A stretch of DNA of 64,000 bases from Octopus sinensis (lineage: Eukaryota). Where the stretch lies: positions 106,330,001 to 106,394,000 of the forward strand of contig NC_043004.1 in assembly GCF_006345805.1 (NCBI RefSeq), read 5' to 3'. Positions 38,115 through 52,242 of the stretch are shown here, in pieces. Each line of letters starts with the position of its first letter. Position 1 is the stretch's first letter. The notes beneath the pieces are model-generated. The model worked only from the letters and a program-made list of their open reading frames with translations, was not told the origin of the DNA and searched no databases. The position numbers and the translations under genes were made by a program.

Positions 38115-39512
38115 CTGTAGTGCAGGAAATTAAAAAAAAAAGTACTAAGTTTTATACTGTTGTTACATTCATGCACAAGAGCATAAACATTGTGAGTGAA
38201 AATATGATTCCTTTTGATCAAAGACTTTAAATGAAGTCACAGACTCAGCTCATCAACAACTAACTTTCATGCCTTGCAACAGTTACCAGCAGAAATTAAG
38301 AAAGCTTTATACCAAATATCGTTGCTGAAAATTTAATGATTATCGCAATCACTGCAAAAAGGTTTCCTTTTTGTTTCTTATCCATTCTTTGTATATCGTG
38401 AAGGAATTTCTTATCAAATATCTATGCTTTATTGGTGAGTGGAATGATTTTCTTAATTTCACTTTGGTTCGTCTGGTTTGTATTTCTGATATAGTTTTTC
38501 TGTTAAAAAGAAACAAAATAAACATTGGTTTGTTAAGCTGTTTTGTTGAATTTACTATCTTGAAGGTTTACAGGAAATATCTTTTAAATTCTTTTGTAAC
38601 ATTAGAATTGAAAGTATGACCACAACTTTAACACTGGTCTTTTTTCCATTTCATGTTTATTTGTGTGGATAATTGCTACACTGTTCCAGATATGTAAACA
38701 TACATAATAGGCTTAGAGAAAGAAGAAAATGGGGTGTAATGTGCAGTACATTATTTTCCTAGTCATGTTTATAAACTGAAATGCTCCCATACATTTCTGG
38801 TGTATTGCTATGGACAAATGATCTATTGTTCACTTAGGGAAGATTTTATGATGGGGAGAGGAGAATACCGACAGTACAGGGATGAACCTTTACCTGGGAG
38901 AGAGTAAAAAATTTTATCTGAGTTCTATATTTGCTGACATTTGGAAGGGAATCCAGCCATAAAGACCATGCCAGAGCAGACTTCACCGGTGCTGGTGCCA
39001 CATTCCAGAGTAGACTTTGTGATGCTGGTGCCACATAAAACGCATCCGGTTCACACAGTAAAATGGTTGGTGGCAAGAATTGCATGCAGCTGTAAAAACC
39101 ACACCAAAGCAAGAGTCTTTTGGCTCGTCAGCTCCTGCCAAACTGCCCAACCCATACCAGCATGGGAGATGGACATTAAACGATGATGATGATGATGATG
39201 ACGACGACAACACAGACCACCATCAGTTTTGGTTTTGTTTTTATTTTTGCAGACTCAGCCAGCTTCTACCACAAATAACCAATGACATTGATGTGTCCAT
39301 AGTAGTCATATAAAAATGTCCAAGTGACTAAGAAGAATTATTGTTACTTAGAGTAATACATTTTCAGACTATTAGTCCCCTCTTTATGCTTCCCAAGGTT
39401 CAATCCCACTGCTTAGCACCTGAGATGAGTGCCAGCAACTATAGCCCTAGGCTGACCAAGGCCTTATAAGTGGATTTGGTCATCAGAAATTCAAAGAAGC
39501 TCATAATATGTG

Positions 39513-39549
<37 letters not shown>

Positions 39550-42500
39550 GTATGTGCGTATGTGTTTGTTAGTATTTGTCACTTTGAATTGACATCATGT
39601 AATAGTTATAAAAGAAACGAGTGTCATCATCACAAAAGAAGAATCCTTCATTTCCAATCTGCCCTGAAAACATGTCTGGTCATGGGAAAATATTAGCTAA
39701 CATGGAAGGAGGTGAAGGCTGGTGAGGGGCATCCAGCTGTAGAAAATCAGCCCCAATAAATTCCAACTGATCCATGCAAGCATTGGAAAGTGGATGTTAA
39801 ACAATACCAAAGATGATGAATGTCATCTACACTATGTTTCATTTGATTTCCAATCTTCACCACCAAATATATTGTTTCATGATGTGTATATAGCCTCAGA
39901 CAAGATTCAAACCTGATCTCTATACTAAATATTACAATGTTTTCCTTATCCAATAACATTCATCAGTGGCATGGTGTGAAAATTAAATATAAGTTTAGAA
40001 ATAAAACTTAGGAATGAATTACTTACTCTCTGTTGTGTGTTCATGTAAGCTTTGTGGAAAGGAAGAGCAGTCTCTTCAGTCAACAGCAGCTCATTCTGAA
40101 GCCGGTCAAACTTTTCCAATTCATCCTCCAACTGAAATCACAGTTTACAAGCAACAATAGCATAACCAATATTATTAATACATTATAAATACAACTCCCC
40201 ATTGCCATTCTCATCACCAGTAGATAAGACTAAATTCTGTAATTCATTTAGTCCAGTTAGTTAACACTTATCATTGGATTATCTACTTCATATTTCTGGC
40301 ATTAGAAACTGTGTTTTTATCTTATGAAAATCCAACTACAATTAAAAGAAAGCCTGAAGAGAAATTAACAAATATCATTGGAATGCATGTTATACATACA
40401 TACATACATATCGTAACAACTCATTAATGTTTACTTCCTGTGCATTATTTTATGTATTGTTCATGCACTTTTGGCTACTTTTTCTGATGTGTTGTAGTGC
40501 ACCTGAGCACTGTATACAGTAAGTTAATTATATTATATTATTAAGTAAATCCAAAGACCAAGTCTTCACTGATGCAAAGGCAGAAATAATGCATTTAGTT
40601 TAGTTATTTTGCAATCTCATCTATTTTGACTGACATATTAAGAGGATATCTATCAATATTGGAGTCAACAAATTTTGCTCAGAATCCAATAGATGAAAAA
40701 TTTGTAAGTAGGGGTCATGGTTAGGAGCAGATATGACTATGTGGTTAAGAAGCTTGCCTTGCAACCACTTGATTTTGGGTTCAGTTCCACTATACAGTAT
40801 ATTGGGCAAGTAGCTTCTACTATAGCCCCAGGCCATTCCATAACCATTGTAAGTTTGGTAGACAGAAACTGTGTGGAAACCCATTGTAGACATGTCAATA
40901 TAAATGTGTGTGTGTGTGTGTGTTTGTTACCCCCACTGCTTAAAAGTAAAGGTAAAGTTACTTTCCCGAGTCAACCGAACTAATAAGGGCCAATTTCCTG
41001 GTTTCATGGCATATAAATTCCCCACCTGGATGGGACACTGGTCTGTCGCAGGAATACTTACCATAAATCCTCGCGTATAGACCGCCCTTGAGTATAATAT
41101 ACAGGGGATTTTTAGGGGGCTGTACCACTGAAAAACCTAAACCTTGTGTATAATACGCACCCCTTCTCTAACCTGAGTCGTACGTAATTAAGCCAGCAGC
41201 ACCTAGTCCAACAAACACTTCCGCACATGCGTAATACAATAATGGTGATGCTTTTAACTGTTATAGTGGAATGTAAATATGTTTGCAAATTGTTTTTGTT
41301 ACATGTTATTCTGTGTTCTGAATACTTTCATTTTAATAAATGTCGCTTACTGCAAGTTATGGATGATTCTTTTAAGACTTCATTGCTTTCAGGCTTAGCT
41401 TAAGGTATTTTCGCGCCTGACATCACAAAATGCGTCTGAATAAACATTGCTGGACAGCAAATAGAGACTAAGACATTGCTTAGGAAATATTTTTTCATTT
41501 CCAAACTTCGTATATAGTACGCACTAGGGATTTTGGCCTTTAAATTTTGGGGAAAAAATGCAGATTATACTCGAGGATTTATGGTATTTTTGCCAACTGA
41601 GTGGACTAGAGCAACGTGAAATGAAGTGTATTGCTCAAGAGCACAATGTATCACCCAGTCCAGGAATTGAAAACAACAGCCTTATGATCACGAGTCTTAC
41701 ATCCTAACCACTAAGCCACATGTATCCACCCCAATACTACGGTGTTGGTTGCTTTGTTTACATCTGTGTAACTTAACAGTTCGACAAAAGAACTGACAGA
41801 ATAAGTACTGGAGTTACTTTGTTTGACTAAACCCTTCAAAGCTGAAACAAGTAAAAGATAAAAAACAAGTAAAAGACATAAAAATAAAAGCTAAACTCTA
41901 GCCCATTTCCAGTTTCTCTGACGTCAAATGAAGCAGGTTAAGAGTCTGGTCTCTCCTCAGATTATCATTGGTTTATATTTTATGAAACCCAGAGTTATTC
42001 TCAGGTTGAGACAACACATGGAAGGGTTGATATGAACCAGAATAACATCTATCTACATTGTCTTCGGTCTGTTAGCTTCCCTTCCTTTGCACATTAAAGC
42101 ATATGTACAGATGAAAGAATGTTTGTATTTCATCTAGAAATATATTTCTACACACCAGAATGTGTGCAAATGGAAAAGAATTTCATCCTGAAAATAAATA
42201 GAATACTTACAGATGAATTTAACTTAAAACGTTGGTTTCCACTTGTCACATCTTCTCCGTTTGGTAAGAAACATTCTACAAACCAGTTTTCAAACTCTGG
42301 GAATAAAAAATAAAATTGCTGTTAGACCAAAATTCCATGTTTGCATCTGTAGGTTCATGCAGAGCTATGTGGTTAAGAAACTTATTTCCAAACCACATGG
42401 TCTCAGGTACAGGACTACAGTGTGACACCTTGGGTAGGTGTCTTCCACTATAACTCCAGGATGACCAAAGCCTTAGGAGTGGATTTGGTGGATGGAAATT

Positions 42501-45500
42501 GAAAGAAGCCTGTTGAATATGTGTGTGTGTGTGAGTGTGTCCTTGTCTTGAATCGCATGATAGATGTAAATGAAAGCCACTTTCAAAGACGTTTTCACAG
42601 CTTCATACTCAAACCAATGCAATTCTCCTAATAGCTGTTTTCACAGCTCTATACCCAACTCAGAGATGTATAAAGAATCAATGTGGTCATATGTAATTGC
42701 AGTGATGAGAAAAATCAGCCCAATCATCAACTATCTGTTGAAAATTTCTAGCACCTGTAAAACACAATGTTCCTATAAGATTGATTCTGTCTGTATTTCA
42801 TGAAGCCTCGTAAAAAACATAGCCATAAATTATGTATATGTAGTTGACATCAAGTCTTTGTCATAACCAATGCTATAGACTGTAACAGACAGCTAATAAT
42901 AAATATATCTCCAGTACTTTCATAGTAAAACAGACAATACACTTACCTTGAACTAACTTTTGCCGACAATGGTGCACCAAATTTTGGTAGTAGGACACTT
43001 CAGTCTTCAAATCCATTAATTGGTCAAATTTAGAACGATAATCTCGTTTGAGATTTTTCAGAGTTTTTACAAGTTGGAATTCTTCTTCACTAATTGCTTC
43101 TTCTCCTTCATCACTATATAGGGTCCCTATATATTACAGACATATAAACAGCTTTACAAAGTTGGACATCTTTCTCAAAGGTAGATATTTAACTAAGATA
43201 AATAAGCAAGAACAATAATGTTTGAGCAAAACGTGATTCATAGACAACAAATAATGATGTCAAACAGACTCATGTGGCCCATATAAAAGAGAGATGGCTA
43301 AAAAGAGTAGCTAGATATCACCCAAATTGCACAATATTATCTTCAGTAAAGGATAATCTTACACAATTTAACCCCTGATATACAAAATAATGGATAGTCA
43401 AGGCTGGATCCAGGGATTAGATAAGAGATAGGGTTAAATAAAAAGAATAATAATCATCATTGATGTGAAACAAGGATAACGGTTTGAAGTGTACCAAACA
43501 CAAAAATAGATGAATGTTCTTAGACCAGCATTTCTGTGATTGAAAAACTAGCCAAGCTCCAATATATGCTGTCAACTATGAGGTATGGTTTGACTTCATC
43601 CACTGTTGTGAAGTGTGGTAAGTAAATAATTAAGAGCAAAATCAGCCATAAACTGCATTAAATGTTCCTTTAATTTGGTACTGTCATAAACTGATGAAAG
43701 GCCTGCAAAAATCATGGGCACAGCTCCTATTAAAGACTAAATTAAAAAAAAAAAATGGTCTCATCATGAAGGACATGCTGTCCTCTCAAAATTCAGATAC
43801 CTAGATATTACTGAAATCACTTAACCATAAAGTATAAGTAGAACCTATTGCCATCCAAGCACACTGGGGCAACCAATATCTGTATTAAAGGTTGTTAGTA
43901 GTCTGTTAGTATAACATCCAAACTTTAGTGCCTTAATACTAATCAGGTCTCACCTTGCTTTACTCTCTCAGCTTTGCTTTCTTCGAGTCTGTATTTTGTG
44001 TTGTCAATCTCACACTTTATCATGTTGATTTCTCGTGCCAGCGTTACATAATTTTTCTTTAGTGTGTTAAGAGTTTCTGCAGAAACAAGGGAGGGAAAAA
44101 ATTGCATTTAGTTTCATCAAAAGATGCTCCTATCTGAGACTCAAATACCAATTCATATAACACCAGTGGTGTTAGACCTGGTTAAAAATTTGGCTTCGAA
44201 CTAGATGTTTGTTATGGTTCTTGCTCATAAAACAACTGGAATTCAGTAGTCATCTAGCAGCTGACTCATCTCAATTGCAAAATCTGCTTCCCTTTTTTTT
44301 GACAAACACAAGAAGGCTATTTTTGCTAAAGCTATATAAAGTGCAGATGAATGAAGGCCTTCAGAGAATAAACAGAACTTTTTATTGCCAGAAATTTGGG
44401 ACAAGAAAATCACAAAACCTAGTATTTACTGAATCAACAAATGGTAATAGAATTAATAAGACATAAATTAATATTGGGTTGTCCGGAAAGTTCTGAGCAT
44501 TTTTTTAATATACAAAAAGGGATATAAATAATTGACCTTTGCCCATCTATCATGCAATTTAAATATTTCATCAGCATAAAATTTGACTGGCTTTGAAGAA
44601 AAAAAATTTATCTAGATGTATTTTGACTCCATCTAAATCGTTAAATGTTTTCCCTTGCAATGAGTTCTATAGAGACAAAAACAAGTGGTAGCCAGATGGA
44701 GCAATATCAGGAAAACATGGTGGATGGGGTAAGAGATCCCAGCCAAGTTCATGTGACTTTGTTTGGGTAACCAAAGACACGTGGTTGAGCAGTGTCTTGT
44801 TGGAACACTACCCCTTTCCTGTTGGCAATCTCCAGCCTCAATTCTTTACTTTTTGGTTCAAATTAGCCAGCTGATAGCAGTTCACAACATAATTAATAAT
44901 ATGGTTTTGTGAGAGAAACTCATAATAAATAATGCCTTTATGATCTCACCAAGCACAAAGCATAGCTTTTTTGGCATGGATATTCATTTTTGGTAGCTGT
45001 TTTGGGCGTTCCTTATGCAAATTCCAGGATCTTTTCTGCACTAAGTTTCCATAAACACAATCTATTTTTCACCTCCACTCACAAGTTGTTTCAAAAAAGG
45101 CATGCTTTCATTCTGTTACAAAAGCAAATCAAATAGAATACCGGCCCAAGCAATTCTTTTCTGAGAGTTTGTGAGGGATCCTTACATTATAGCAACAAAT
45201 GTATCCTAGCTTCACAAGGTGTTCATAAGCCATACTTTTAGAAACTTCCAACTCCTCTGTAAGTTCTCTAGTGATATTTGAGTTTTCTTTGATTTCTGTC
45301 TTCAAAACATCTTCATCCAATTTTGAAGGTCTACCACTGCAACCATCCATCTTCCAAGCTACACTAGTTTTAAATTTTGCAAACCATCTCCAAACAGTTG
45401 ATTCACCTACAGCATCATCATCACCATAAACTTCACAAATGTTTTTGCAAGTCTTTGCAGCTTTACAACACAAACATGAAATTTTTGGTTATCCATTTCA

Positions 45501-48500
45501 AATGTCAAAAACGGTAACCGGAATGAAACAAATCTATTTTTAGTAAGAAAAATAAGAAGAGATGCACTACCACTTCAAGCACTGCCAAAGTTTTAACTGT
45601 GGTACGTATCAGGTGTGTTCAATGAAGTGTTAAAAGATTTAGCTTAAAAACACTCAGACATTTCCGGATAACCTAATAGATAAGCTGACAAAACATTTAA
45701 TATAATTTTGCTGTTGCTACCTGCAACAAACAGTACTTTTCCATAGTGTCTATTTACAATCAGGTGAACTGAGCAAAAGAGAAAATCTAGCCATTCTTTA
45801 AAATAAATTACCTTTGTTTGCTGACAACTCTTTATTCACCTCACTGCCTTGGTCATGTTTAAATTCTTCGAAGGCAACAGACCTTTGTGGAGGAGTGCTG
45901 CAATATGAAGTACATGATTAAATCAGGTGTGTTAAATCATAAGCAACAATAAAGAACCAGTACATATGTCAAACTAAACCCCACTATTTTACATTTGTCC
46001 CCTTCTCTATTTCTAACAAAAGTCAAAAATCATGCACAAAACAAGAACTCTAATTACTTAAGCATTCTGAAGAATCAAAACAATTGAAGAACAACAAATC
46101 TCAACCTCTTCTTAATATATTCCCTTTCACTATCTTTCAAGACCATTGTCTTTTGCGCTCTAAATGCAGTTAGTTTTACAATTTATTGGATCATATCCAT
46201 AAATACATCAATCCTTGTTTATCACAGGCGTTTGGTTCCAAAAAAAAAAAAAAAGACATTGTAATAAATGAATCACCTCTACATACTTTGTAAATGGAAT
46301 GAATAGAAGATTCACTAAAACCAAGCTTCCACCATCTTGCATGTAGTTTTTATCATCTGTACTTTTTCCTGTTGAGAATACACTCATGTTTCTCATTTGT
46401 TAGAATCAAGTGCCTTTGTAGCTTTTCTATTCTCTGGTCCCACCTTGATGGGCACGAGTATGCAAAGCTGTATAGAAAATGTGAAGCTGTGCAACACAGT
46501 CATATAAACACAAGCAACAGTTAGTGCATTCTGGGTAGCTAAGTATTGTGGGCAATTGTTCAGGTGCAGTTTTGAAGTACAAGCAGAATCTTCAACTTAT
46601 CACTATCCAATGTTATCATAGATCAATCTGTCATAAGCATAACATGGTTCACAATTGAGTGTACCATTTTCTCCTGCAAATCAGTAATAAACAAGACTGT
46701 GTGTCTAAAAATTGACCTTTAGCCCCATAACTTCTAGAAATAATCCTCTCAAATATCATAAAACAAAAACAGAGTGAAACTTTAAATACAAACCCCGGTC
46801 TTTCACTTAGTTTTTCTAAAACATTGTCAGACGGTGTGACAACAATTTCATCAGACTTTTTCTCAACTATACCATTGGGTGAAACAGTAGGTGGTGATTT
46901 CCTTTCATACCTTGTTGGTGTTGAAGCCACTAGTTTGCTGCTGTTAAAGCAAGAGGTAATTAAATTGTAATTAGTATCACTATTATCAATTTTTATTTCG
47001 TTATTGTATTTTCGTTAATGTAGGACAGATCTTGCCTCTGGCTGAATCCATCATGAAGACAGGGCAGACAATTTCTCTCTGCCTGGAGGCTGTGTTGAAA
47101 ACCATTAGACAGGGAATGAAACTGTTATAGGCCAGGCAAGACTACATAAATTCAGGGATGGGTGCACACAATTGAATTGGAAACTGAAAGATCTGAGGAC
47201 AGATACTTTCTTCTTCAACCAAACACTAATCAACTTTTTTTAGCTCCACTTGAAAACGAAGGTGTAGGTGGAGAGGAGAGTACACCTTTCCAGTGAATTT
47301 CTCAAAAGGTAGGTAACTATAGTAAAGGGTAAAGACTGAAGACCCCCTTTGACAACAAATTACCATGGGATTGCATCTAGAAAGTTCCACTTCAAGATAC
47401 AACCCCAGGCAAGGTTGTTTTGTGGAAGAGCAACAATCATCCATACATACCAGTCTCCACTCTCCATGCCACTGATGTTATCCAAGAGAAAGACAAAGGC
47501 CAATATAGCTTGATGCCAGTGACATCACAACTCATATCTACAGCTGAGTGAACTGGAACAACATGAAATAAAGTGTCTTGCTCGAGAACACAACACACAG
47601 CCCAGTCTGGGAATCGAACTCACAACCTCACATTTATAAGTCTGACACTGAATCATGTGCCCTTACAATGGAAATATTTTAAGCATCTGGCTTAAAGTCC
47701 AAAGGGTGTATTTGTCCTTGGTAATCAAAAGGAATTAGAAGTTTTGGGGTTCTCAGATTGACCCTAGTTGGAGATTCTTTATCCGAAGGACTGTAACATC
47801 ATCATTCATCATCATCATCATCGTTTAACGTCTGCTTTTCATGCTGGCATGGTTTGGATGGTTTGACTGAGGACTGGTAAGCCAGATGGTTGCACCAGGC
47901 TCCAATCTGATCTGGCAGAATTTCTACAGCTGGATGCCCTTTCTAATGCCAACCACTCCGAGAGTGGTGGGTGCTTTTATGTGCCACTGGCACGAGGGCC
48001 AGTCAGGTGGTACTGGCAACGGCCACGCTCAAATGGTGTTTTTACGTGTCACCTGCAGAAGAGCCAGTCCAGTGGCACTGGCAACACCTTCACTCAAATG
48101 TTTTTCACGTACCACCGGCACAAGTACCAGTAAGGTGACACTGGTAATGATCACGCTCGAATGGTGCTTTTTACGTGTCGCCGGCATTGGAGCCAGTCGG
48201 CAGCACCAGCAACAATCATGCTCAGCTGGTGATCTTAGTGCTCCACTAGCACGTGTGCCATACATGCAGTGCTATCGTCAAATTTGATTTCGAATTCACT
48301 TGCCTCAACAGGTCTTCGTAAGCAGAGTTTAGTGTCCAATGAAAGAAAGGTACACCTAAGTGGGCTGGTTACACCACTGGTATCAGCCATGGGTTATGGT
48401 CTCACTTGGCTTGCTGGGTCTTCTCAAGCACAGCATATTTCCAAAGGTCTCGGTCACTAGTCCATGTATTTAATTAATATGTATATATTTTATCCTGTTC

Positions 48501-49393
48501 TTTCCTTTTTCCTTTATCCATTTTTATGTAGAACCCCACACTTTATGTAACCTATATTTGTAATATTCCCTTCATCCTGCAGTAAATAAAAGTACTCATC
48601 ATTATCATTATTGCTATTAAGGTGGTGAGTTGGCAGAATCGTTAGAATGCTGGGCAAAGTGCTTAGCAGTGTTTTGTTCATCTTTACAGTCTGAGTCCAA
48701 ATTCTGGAATGGTCAACTTTGCTTTTCATCCTTGAAATCAAGTGGCCAAACTCCTCCAAAATTTCAAGCTTTGTGTCATTCGTAGAAACTCTTCTCTCTC
48801 GTTTACTTGTTTCAGTCATTTGATTGTGACCATGCTGGAGCACCGCCTTTAGTCGAGCAAATCGACCCTAAGACTTATTCTTTGTAAGCCTAGTACTTAT
48901 TCTATCGGTCTCTTTTGCCGAACTGCTAAGTTACGGGGACATAAACACACCAGCATTGGTTGTCAAGCAATGTTGGGGGGGACAAACACAGACACACAAA
49001 CATATATATACATATACTCTTTTACTTGTTTCAGTCATTTGACTGCAGCCATGCTGGAGCACCACCTTTAATCGAGCAACTCGACACCGGGACTTATTCT
49101 TTTGTAAGCCCAGTACTTATTCTATCGGTCTCTTTTGCCGAACCGCTAAGTAACGGGGACATAAACACGCCAGCATCGGTTGTCAAGCAATGCTAGGGGG
49201 ACAAACACACACACGCATATATATACATATATACGACGGGCTTCTTTCAGTTTCCGTCTACCAAATCCACTCACAAGGCTTTGGTCAGGCCGAGGCTATA
49301 GTAGAAGACACTTGCCCAAGGTGCCACGCAGTGGGACTGAACCCGGAACCATGTGGTTGGTAAACAAGCTACTTACCACACAGCCACTCCTGC

Positions 49394-49446
<53 letters not shown>

Positions 49447-52208
49447 CATACATACATATATACAACGAGCTTCTTTCAGTTTCCATCTACCAAATCCACT
49501 CACAAGGCCTGAGGCTATAGTAGAAGACACCTGCCCAAGGTGCCACGCAGTGGGACTGAACCTGGAACCATGTGGTTCGTAAGCAAGCTACTTACCACAC
49601 AGCCACTCCTACACCTAGAAAGGGTTATTATTGTTTCTAGTATCATTAAGGTGGTGAACTGGTAAAATTATTAAAACATCAGGTAACAATGCTTAGCAGC
49701 ATTTCATCCATCTTTACATAATGAGTTCAAATTCCACCGAGGTCGACTTTACTTTTCATTCTTTCTGGGCTGATAAATTATGTACCAGTTGGACACTGGG
49801 GTAGACGTAACCAACTTAACCCCTTTCCACAAAATTGCTGGCTTTGTGCCAAAATTTGAAACCTGTTATTATTATCATTATTAAACGGTGAACTGGCAGA
49901 ATTGTTAGTGTTTCAGAAATATGTTTAGCAGCATTTTTTCTGACACTTTGTAATCAGAGTTCAAATTCTGCCTAGGACAACTTTACCTTTTATCCTTTTT
50001 GGGTCAATAAAATGAAATACCAGCCAAATACAAAGGTCAATGCAATTAACTTGCCACATTTCTTCAAATTGCTGGTCTTGAGCCAAAATTAGAAATTATT
50101 ATTATTAAGATAATATATGCTAATTTAATTAGCAGGAATTTTATCTTGTGGTTTTATCTTGAGGTTCGGTGAAGTCTCAAGAATCTTTCTTAGGATTCTT
50201 GCAGTTGATACTTTCCTGTAGGTCGACAATGTCAATTTTAATTCCAGTCTCTTTCAGTCTTTATCCCTTTATTCATTTCAGGTGTTGTGCCAAGTGCTAA
50301 GTGGCATTTTGTCCATCTTTATATTCTAAGTTCAAATTCCACTGAGGTCAATTTTGCCTTTCATCCCTTTTGGGGTTGATAAAATAAGTACCAGGTGAGT
50401 ACTGGGGTTGATGTGGTTGACTAGTCCCCTTCCACAAAATTTCAAGCTTTGTGCCTTTGATAGAATGACTTATTATTATTATGAGTTCAAATTTAGCCAA
50501 GGTTGACTTTGCATTTCATCCTTTAAAGGTTGATAAATTAAGTACCAGTTAAGTACTAGGGTCAATGTACTTAACTCACCTCCTCTCCCACAATTTCAGG
50601 CCTGGTGCCCATCATTGAAAAATTATTATAAGTATGATTCTCTTTGTGCACTTAGCATTTAACAGAATCGACTGAAAGAAAATATTGTTGAATTATCATT
50701 GAAAGAGGTTGATAAATATAACCAGAGAGAAAAAAAGAAGCTTTTCCACATTGAAAAATTATACTAAACATTTAATGGGCAAATCATAAAGATACACCAA
50801 AGAAGTAGCCTCAGAAAGCAGCACAGCTCCTTCCATGACTTTCGGAAACATTTTTTCACGCTAAGAGTTGCTGAAGTATGGAACAAACTGCCGGCATCAG
50901 TTGTTAGTTGTCGGAGCACTGCATCCTTCAAAACTTCCATGCTTCCTGAGATTTGCCAACACTACACCTGATTTTCGCCCCTCCATACACACGCAAGCAT
51001 GTATCTGACTCATATACTGTTCACTTCCCAGACATTTGTACATTACTGCATATGCTTTATACGCACTTTCTGACAAGTTGTGGTGCACCTGAGCACTGTA
51101 TACAATAATTTCATTATTATTATTATAATATTCACTTGAACTGTTAGAAATAGCAGCAAGATTTCCTTCAAATTATAACTTATCTTCTTAAAAAGGAAAG
51201 ACACATTATACAATGTAGTTCTGAGAATACAAAAAGCTGGGATGATTGTGGCTTTGAATGTCTTTGGTCATAACTCTGCTCAATCAGAACTGACTTGAAG
51301 ATAAACAATAATCGTTACAAAAGAATTGTTTACTTGTTTCAGTTATTAGACAGTGGCCATGCTGGAGCATGACCTTGAAAAATTTCTAGTCAAATGAATC
51401 ACCCCCCAGGACTTATCTTTTTTTTTTTAGGTTTGGTACTGATTCTATCAGGTTCTTTTGTTGAACTGCTAAGTTACAGGGGCATAAACACACCAATACT
51501 GGTTGCCAAGCAGTGGTGAGGAACAAACAAACAAACACATATATGATGGGCTTCTTTCAGTTTCCATCTACCAAATCCACTCACAAAGCTAAAGTAGAAG
51601 ACACTTGCCCAAGGTGCCACACAGTGGGACTGAACCAGGAACCATGTGGCTGGGAAGCAAGCTTCTTACCACACAGCCATGTGGGGAGACATGTTGACAT
51701 GCTATCTTATTTTGGATGAAAGAATCACAAAAGCAAACTCTCAGAAGATAAAAACCAGTTTCCATTAACCTGTTAACTTCTCTTGATTTCCTCTTCTCCT
51801 TCTCTTTGGCACTCTTCTTCAGTTGTACAACAGGTGATTGGTCAGTTTTGGCTGACCGGACACTGGTCCCAACACTGAAGCCTTGGCTATCGATTTCCCC
51901 AACCAAGGGGAAGTTATCTGGTAAAATAGTAGTGGTCTGGAAGAAATGGTAAGGTGAGATAGAGACACATAGATAGAGAGAGAGAGAGAAAGAGAAAGAT
52001 AGTGAGAGAGGGGAAGAGATAGGCAAACACAAAGGAATTGAGAGAGAGTAGGAATAAAGAGGTGAAGATGGAGTAAGAAATTTAGAAAGGTTCAAGGGTG
52101 AGAATCAGTAAGACAATGAGTGATAGAATATGTTAGTAAATAAGGTTTAGAGACAGACTGTAAATGAGATAGAGAGACAGACAGAGAGAGAGAGACAGAG
52201 AGAGAAAG

Positions 52209-52242
<34 letters not shown>

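Noticed and set aside
51589-52095. 168-aa minus-strand ORF as a separate gene
   Set aside because: Only 51936-51770 is coding (a KIF9 exon); the remainder is (GA)n repeat and SINE B sequence.
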